Shown piece by piece: positions 62,783-64,000 of a stretch of DNA of 64,000 bases (position 1 is its first letter; each line of letters begins with the position of its first letter). The translations under genes were made by a program, and so were the position numbers. The notes beneath the pieces are model-generated. The model ran no database searches and was not told where the DNA came from. It saw nothing but the letters and a program-made list of their open reading frames with translations. Origin of the DNA: an uncultured Clostridia bacterium (GTDB taxonomy: Bacteria > Bacillota > Clostridia > Christensenellales > Borkfalkiaceae); contig CALVRO010000008.1 of assembly GCA_944358655.1 (NCBI GenBank), positions 320 through 64,319 of the forward strand. The letters are read 5' to 3'.

Positions 62783-62829
62783 AATCGAAAAAGTGGTAGC
62801 AATACGAAAAAATTTCGACGAGGTTATAT

Positions 62830-64000
62830 ATGATCGAGCGCAACAGCTATTTAAATGAGCTTATAGACAGAAGGGGAAACGGGTTAGTCAAGGTCATAAC
62901 GGGGATACGCCGCTGCGGCAAGTCGTATCTTCTGTTTAATATTTACCATAAATACCTCAACAGTATAGGCGTGGATGACAGTCAAATAATAGAGGTTGCT
63001 CTGGATGACGACGAAAACGCAATGTACCGCGATCCCTTAAAGCTCGGGGAATATGTGCGCGGCAGGATGACGGACAGAGATAAAACCTACTATATTTTTC
63101 TCGACGAGATCCAAAAAGTCAGCACGGTAAAAAATCCGTATGTGAATGATCCAAATCAGAAAATCGGGTTTGTGGATGTCGTTCTCGGTCTCATGAAAAA
63201 GCCTAATGCGGACGTCTATGTGACCGGCAGCAATTCAAGGATGTTATCCTCGGATATACTTACCGAATTCCGCGGCAGAGGGGATGAAATAAGAGTTTAT
63301 CCTCTCTCTTTTGCCGAATATCATGCCGCATACGAGGGTGATAAAAGGCAGGCGTGGCGCGATTATTATGTGTACGGCGGAATGCCGTTTATTTTGCGCC
63401 TCAAAGACCATCAGGCAAAGAGCAGATATCTTGCGGGATTGTTTGACAATATCTATTTAAGCGACGTTCTGGAAAGGAACAGAATCGCAGACAGAGCGGT
63501 TTTGGATGATATACTCGATATCGTGTCCTCGGCGGTGGGTTCATTGACCAATCCCAGTAAAATTGCCGATACGTTCAAAAGCGTCAAAAAGCTGAATATT
63601 ACAGACGATACGGTAGCTAAATACCTCGGGTATTTTGCCGACGCCTTTTTGATAAGCAAGGCGCGGCGATACGATATTAAGGGCAGGAAGTATATAGGCT
63701 CTCCGTTCAAATATTACTATACGGATATCGGTCTGCGCAACGCCCGTCTCAATTTCCGGCAGACGGAAGAAAATCACATTATGGAAAATATAATTTATAA
63801 CGAACTCATATATCGCGGTTACAGCGTGGATGTTGGGACAGTCGAATATAATTATTCGGATGGGAACGGCGGTAATAGAAAGACAAGGCTGGAAGTGGAT
63901 TTTGTTGCCAATGAAGGAAGCCGAAGATATTATATTCAATCTGCATTGACCGTAGGGGAAGAGGGGAAGCGCTTACAGGAAGTGCGCCCCTTTGCCAGAA
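62830..64000 (+). CDS. AAA-family ATPase with a DUF4143-type C-terminus (COG1373-like), 3'-truncated by the window edge
   Basis: Absent from the ORF track because there is no stop before the window ends. My translation gives MIERNSYLNELIDRRGNGLVKVITGIRRCGKSYLLFN... (Walker A), YIFLDEIQ (Walker B), VYVTGSNSRML, ...YYYTDIGLRN...EVDFVA. RBS GAGG. Confidence 0.85.
   Translation, partial: MIERNSYLNELIDRRGNGLVKVITGIRRCGKSYLLFNIYHKYLNSIGVDDSQIIEVALDDDENAMYRDPLKLGEYVRGRMTDRDKTYYIFLDEIQKVSTVKNPYVNDPNQKIGFVDVVLGLMKKPNADVYVTGSNSRMLSSDILTEFRGRGDEIRVYPLSFAEYHAAYEGDKRQAWRDYYVYGGMPFILRLKDHQAKSRYLAGLFDNIYLSDVLERNRIADRAVLDDILDIVSSAVGSLTNPSKIADTFKSVKKLNITDDTVAKYLGYFADAFLISKARRYDIKGRKYIGSPFKYYYTDIGLRNARLNFRQTEENHIMENIIYNELIYRGYSVDVGTVEYNYSDGNGGNRKTRLEVDFVANEGSRRYYIQSALTVGEEGKRLQEVRPFAR

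Overview
This is a 64-kb chromosomal segment. By hand counts of single 60-nt lines it is roughly 50-58% GC, with several islets near 33-42% GC. The signals point to an anaerobic Firmicutes/Clostridia-like genome: GGAGG-type RBSs, a SipW-type signal peptidase, LytTR/GHKL two-component systems, DUF4250, a split archaeal-type glutamate synthase and type III glutamine synthetase. That placement is inference only. Content from left to right: (1) housekeeping genes pepT, a DUF4250 gene and mnmA. (2) A 3518-aa surface protein combining an S8 subtilase, about 2000 aa of BspA-type leucine-rich repeats and about 16 Cys/His modules, including 2.7 near-identical 360-bp tandem units. (3) An AbrB/ABC-ATPase/ABC-2 permease operon. 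(4) A minus-strand nitrogen-assimilation block: type III GS, an Amt-PII fusion, three split GOGAT-domain genes, an ANTAR regulator and purF. (5) A low-GC accessory block holding an RHS/YD polymorphic toxin with a glycine-zipper C-terminus, a membrane immunity candidate, and an orphan RHS-CT plus immunity cassette behind a 1152-bp direct repeat. (6) A SipW peptidase with a SipW-type-signal substrate. (7) Two paralogous five-gene modules, each made of a secreted GH3, a CBM-like lipoprotein, a doubly membrane-anchored GH3 and a LytTR response regulator with a GHKL kinase. The two modules are separated by a low-GC islet and a mosaic intergenic repeat. (8) Two COG1373-type (AAA + DUF4143) ATPases, the second running off the window. 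The observations I rate highest: a shared GCGS + TM + basic C-terminal tail on three unrelated exoproteins, which looks like an undescribed sorting signal; the duplicated GH3/LytTR modules; the RHS locus, including an 18-bp stem that buries its RBS; and a dispersed mosaic repeat/hairpin family. No rRNA, tRNA or CRISPR array was found. All family assignments are from motif recognition by eye; no searches were run.
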